Shown in pieces: positions 60,523 to 64,000 of a DNA stretch of 64,000 bases. Each line of letters opens with the position of its first letter. Positions within the stretch are counted from its first letter, which is position 1. The notes under the pieces were generated by a model, which worked only from the letters and a program-made list of their open reading frames with translations, was not told the DNA's origin and made no database searches. The position numbers were made by a program, and so were the translations under genes. Origin of the DNA: an uncultured delta proteobacterium (GTDB taxonomy: Bacteria; Desulfobacterota; Binatia; Binatales; Binataceae); the NCBI GenBank assembly GCA_963808235.1, contig CAWEEQ010000004.1, positions 3,232,001 through 3,296,000 on the forward strand, written 5' to 3'.

Positions 60523-60964
60523 CGGACCTCATACCGGCGGAGGCGGCGTCTTCGACAGCATTAACATCACGCCGCTCACCGACATCTTCCTGGTCCTCCT
60601 GATCATCTTCATGGTGACGACTTCCGTCACCATCGAGTCTGCGGCGCACGTCGACCTGCCCAACGCGACCAACACTGCGCCCGAGAACAAGGGCGTCATC
60701 GTCACCTACACGACCCAGCACGAGCTGTTCGTGAACTCCAAGGACGTGCCCGAGCGCGAACTGCGCTCCAGCCTGAGCGAGGCGCTGGGCAAAGTCGATG
60801 CGAAGATCGTCGTGTTCCAGGGCGATCGCAAAGTGCTGCTCGGCGACATGGTCCGGATTCTGAACATCGCCAAGGCCGCCGGCGCAACGCAAATAGCGAT
60901 CGCGGCCAAGCGGGCCACGGGTGCGCAGATGGCCAATTCCTCGGGTGCAGGTGGAGGACAATGA
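60512..60964 (+). CDS. ExbD/TolR protein 1
   Basis: INITPLTDIFLVLLIIFMVT (conserved Asp), VDLP, FQGD. Confidence 0.93.
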   Translation: MAISGPHTGGGGVFDSINITPLTDIFLVLLIIFMVTTSVTIESAAHVDLPNATNTAPENKGVIVTYTTQHELFVNSKDVPERELRSSLSEALGKVDAKIVVFQGDRKVLLGDMVRILNIAKAAGATQIAIAAKRATGAQMANSSGAGGGQ

Positions 60965-61019
60965 TCGGGTCGCGGTACGCTCGAGACCTGAAAGTCACCG
61001 CCCTTAGAGGTGTTTGCTC

Positions 61020-61478
61020 ATGGCAATGACTTCAAATCAAGGCGGCGGGGTTTTCTCCGACATCAACATCACCCCGTTGACCGATATTTTTCTCGTCCTG
61101 CTGATCATCTTCATGGTGACCACCGCAGTGACGATCGAATCCGCCGCGCACGTCGATCTGCCCAAGGCCGAGCAAGCGGCCCCGACCGACAAACCCAAGG
61201 GCATCATCGTGACTTACACCGCGGATCATCAGATCTACGTGAACGACAAGATCGTAACCGAACCGGAGCTGGTGCCCCAGTTGCACGCGGCGCTACAGAA
61301 TTCGACCGACAAGATCGTAGTATTCCAGGGTGACCCCAAGGTCATACTTGGAGACATGGTGCGCATCCTGGATCTCGCCAAGTCGGCGGGTGCGGAAGCG
61401 ATCGCAATCGCAGTGTCGTCACTTCCTCCCGGTGGCGGTGGCGCGCCGGCCGGTGGAGCGCCCGGCGGCGGAGTATAG
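61020..61478 (+). CDS. ExbD/TolR protein 2
   Basis: Same TM motif INITPLTDIFLVLLIIFMVT, VDLP, FQGD. Confidence 0.93.
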   Translation: MAMTSNQGGGVFSDINITPLTDIFLVLLIIFMVTTAVTIESAAHVDLPKAEQAAPTDKPKGIIVTYTADHQIYVNDKIVTEPELVPQLHAALQNSTDKIVVFQGDPKVILGDMVRILDLAKSAGAEAIAIAVSSLPPGGGGAPAGGAPGGGV

Positions 61479-61564
61479 GAGTTTGATTTTCGAACCAAAT
61501 GGAATGAACGAGGATCTCGGCTCGGTCGCGGCAATCGCGGCTTAGGCAGGGAGCGCGCGCAAAT

Positions 61565-62791
61565 ATGATCCCAGTAATTGTAGTTTTACTTGTCCTCTCG
61601 ACCTTCGTGGTCGCCTTCATCTTTTACCGCATAATCGGCAAGCGCGAGCGTTTAGCCGAGGCCAATCGCGACGACGACGAAGCTGATGCGACCCGCCTGC
61701 AATCGATGAAAGACGCGCTGGGCCTGCTGATTGGGCCCTTCCCGCTCTCAGTCGCTCTGCACGTTATCGCCCTCCTGTTCCTGATCATCACGGTCCACGA
61801 ACAGCGCGGACGCGAACTGATCATGGTGAACCTGGAAGCAGGCGGCGGCGGAGGCGGGGGCAACGAGATGCAGGATCTCGATATGCCTGAAGTGCCGATG
61901 CCCGACACGGCGCCGCAGCAGATGGAGCAGCCGACCGCGGTCGACACCTCGCAAGCGGTGGGCCTGGCCAATGATTACGTGCGCGCGGCCGGCGGCGGCG
62001 GAATCGGAATCGGGCGCGGCGGCGGCATGGGCTCGGGCTACGGACACGGAATCGGCTCAGGGTTCGGCGGCTTTATAGGCGAACTGCGGCGCAAGGGACT
62101 CGACGTGGTGCTGGTCATCGACGGGACCGGCTCGATGAACCTGATCATCGACGATGTGAAAGCCAAGATGGCGCAACTGGTCCAGTCGATCCATCGGCTG
62201 GTGCCGATCGCGCGCATCGGGATCATCGTGTTCGGTGGCAAGGGCGAGAAGATGAGAATCCAGCCGCTGACGCTGTCACCGCAGAAGCTTGGCGACTTTT
62301 TGAACAGCATCCAGGCGATGGGCGGCGGCGAATGGGAAGAGGATACCTACGGCGCGTGCGAGCAGGCGATGGAGCGGATGGACTGGAAGCCGTACGCCAA
62401 GAAGGTGGTGGTGCTGGTCGGCGACTCGCCACCGCACAAAGAGGACTTCGGTCCGCTGCTCGCAATGATCCGCAAGTTCAAGGACAACAACGGCACCTTC
62501 AACACGGTTGACGTAGCGGCGGAAGAGCATGAACGGTTCGAGCGCGAGTTCTGGCTGAAGGTGCATCGCGAAGAGCCGCCCAAGATCTCGCCGCTGCCGG
62601 AGTTCTACCGGCAGACCCAGGCGGCGTACAAAGTGCTCGCGAGCGCCGGTGGCGGCTCGATGAAATCGCTGACCAAGGACGCGAAAATCAACCAGCAGGT
62701 GCTGATCCTCGCCTTCGGCGAACAATGGCAATCGCAAGTCTCCGCCTTCGGCCGAGGCCTCGGCGGCGGCTCGGGTGGCGGCGGCGAGTAA
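61565..62791 (+). CDS. membrane-anchored TonB-like-linker VWA-domain protein
   Basis: Two hydrophobic helices (second LSVALHVIALLFL), Pro/Gly-rich spacer, LDVVLVIDGTGSM, GGGEWEE, VVVLVGDSPPH. Confidence 0.85.
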   Translation: MIPVIVVLLVLSTFVVAFIFYRIIGKRERLAEANRDDDEADATRLQSMKDALGLLIGPFPLSVALHVIALLFLIITVHEQRGRELIMVNLEAGGGGGGGNEMQDLDMPEVPMPDTAPQQMEQPTAVDTSQAVGLANDYVRAAGGGGIGIGRGGGMGSGYGHGIGSGFGGFIGELRRKGLDVVLVIDGTGSMNLIIDDVKAKMAQLVQSIHRLVPIARIGIIVFGGKGEKMRIQPLTLSPQKLGDFLNSIQAMGGGEWEEDTYGACEQAMERMDWKPYAKKVVVLVGDSPPHKEDFGPLLAMIRKFKDNNGTFNTVDVAAEEHERFEREFWLKVHREEPPKISPLPEFYRQTQAAYKVLASAGGGSMKSLTKDAKINQQVLILAFGEQWQSQVSAFGRGLGGGSGGGGE

Positions 62792-62844
62792 AAGTAAATA
62801 TATGGGACCGGCCCGTCGTCCAGTATGATCAGGGCCAGGACGCC

Positions 62845-63438
62845 ATGAAAAACTTCAGGATACTTAGCGCGGTCGCCGTTGCGGCCGCGCTTTTCTTTTC
62901 GCAAGGCGTAACCCATGCGCTTGCGATGGATCTGCGGCATGCACGCGCGCAGAAGGATCTCACGCCTGCGCTTCAGCAGTCGCTCGAGGACAAACTCTCC
63001 GACGTGGCCGAGCCTTACTTCAACGAACAGGACGAGGCGAAAACCAAGGGCGGGAAGTACCTCGACTTGCAGCAAAAGTTCGAATACCTGCCGACCTACG
63101 GACCGCGCGGGCAGCTGACGGTGAGCTGCAAGATGGGCGGCGTCGAGTATGACCTCTCGAAGAAAGACGCGAAGGGCGCCACCTCCAAGGGCCTCGCAAC
63201 CGGCGTGTTGAAATACCTGGTCTTCACGTACGCACTGGAAGGTGGAAAATGGGTCCAGGTCGCGAAGCCGAAGTGGGAATCGCAGGATCTCGGCGTCGCG
63301 GGCGCCAAGCAGATGAGAGAGAGCCTCGCACGCGGCGAACAGCGCAAAGCCGCGATGCAAAAATCGATGCAGACTCATCAGGCCGCGTCCGCAGCCGCCG
63401 CTGCCGCTCAGAAAGCCGCCGACAGATCGAGCCAGTAA
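62845..63438 (+). CDS. exported hypothetical protein
   Basis: Sec signal MKNFRILSAVAVAAALFFSQGVTHALA; Ala/Gln-rich helical tail. Confidence 0.8.
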   Translation: MKNFRILSAVAVAAALFFSQGVTHALAMDLRHARAQKDLTPALQQSLEDKLSDVAEPYFNEQDEAKTKGGKYLDLQQKFEYLPTYGPRGQLTVSCKMGGVEYDLSKKDAKGATSKGLATGVLKYLVFTYALEGGKWVQVAKPKWESQDLGVAGAKQMRESLARGEQRKAAMQKSMQTHQAASAAAAAAQKAADRSSQ

Positions 63439-63516
63439 GCACGACGCCCCTATTAGCCTCGCTCTGACAGGAGACCCTTGCATAACCGGCTGTTGGAGTT
63501 GGCGCTACAGCGCTCG

Positions 63517-63750
63517 CGCGCTCTTTTTGTGTCATCCTGACCGAAGCGAGCAACGCGAGCGTAGCGCAACGACCTCGGACCGCTTCGCGCAATCGAAGCC
63601 GGTTCCGGTTTCGAGTCACCGCGTCCAATCCATCCGTCGTCCTGAAAGGAAGCTTCTGGAGTCGAAGGACCTCCGCGAAACGACGCTTTCTTACTGACGC
63701 GCTCTTTTTTTGTGTCATTCTGAGCGCAGCGAAGAAACCCGAATCTTTCT
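63517..63750. repeat. cluster of GTCAT(T/C)CTGA...CGAAG(A/G)A REP-like elements
   Basis: Three related units near 63529, 63636 and 63712. GTGTCATTCTGAGCGCAGCGAAGAA is identical to the copy at 18499. Confidence 0.75.
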
Positions 63751-64000
63751 CGGAGCAAAACACTTCGACTTCACTTAGGCTTGCGAAGCCGACCTGCTCC
63801 GAATTCAATATACAGTTATGCAAAGGGAAAGGCCGACGCTCTTCGCGTAGCGGTCAGTAAAAAACGAGCGGCGGCTGAGGGTCACTTCGGCAAGTCGATT
63901 TGGAGAAACCGAAGAAAGTGATCAAGCCGCTTACTCGCCAACGAGCCTGTAGCCTCGAGACTCGGGTCACCCGCCTGACGCGGCGGCGCGATCGACAGCG

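Noticed and set aside
63806-64000. 3' end of a minus-strand gene entering from the right edge
   Set aside because: An open frame exists but is too short and lacks a recognisable motif.

Overview
High-GC bacterial chromosome segment. Gene style and a small 'HAAALALVGWYL' secreted-protein gene suggest Candidatus Binatia/Binatota (inference from recall, not a search). Most of the window is housekeeping: plsY, tRNA-Pro(CGG), rpe-rlpA-rsmB-fmt-def-priA, aroCKB, ileS-lspA, comM, ffh-rpsP-khpA-rimM-trmD-rplS, and a TPR/LolB-like/Opp ABC operon. Accessory patches are: a direct-repeat-bounded module with a tyrosine-recombinase remnant (17.4-18.7 kb), an ECF sigma/anti-sigma/RnfD-like/DUF2330 locus, a secreted His/Cys heptad protein, a more AT-rich island of exported proteins (48.4-52.7 kb), two head-to-head GT-C glycosyltransferases, and an ExbB + 2x ExbD motor operon. 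The motor operon is the best candidate for an undescribed system: its TonB-like partner keeps the SxxxH transmembrane motif but ends in a VWA/MIDAS domain instead of TonB_C. At least seven single-base frameshifts, including in ffh and priA, most likely reflect uncorrected sequencing error, so single-base claims need read-level checks. No CRISPR array or rRNA was seen. All family assignments are from motif recognition by eye.
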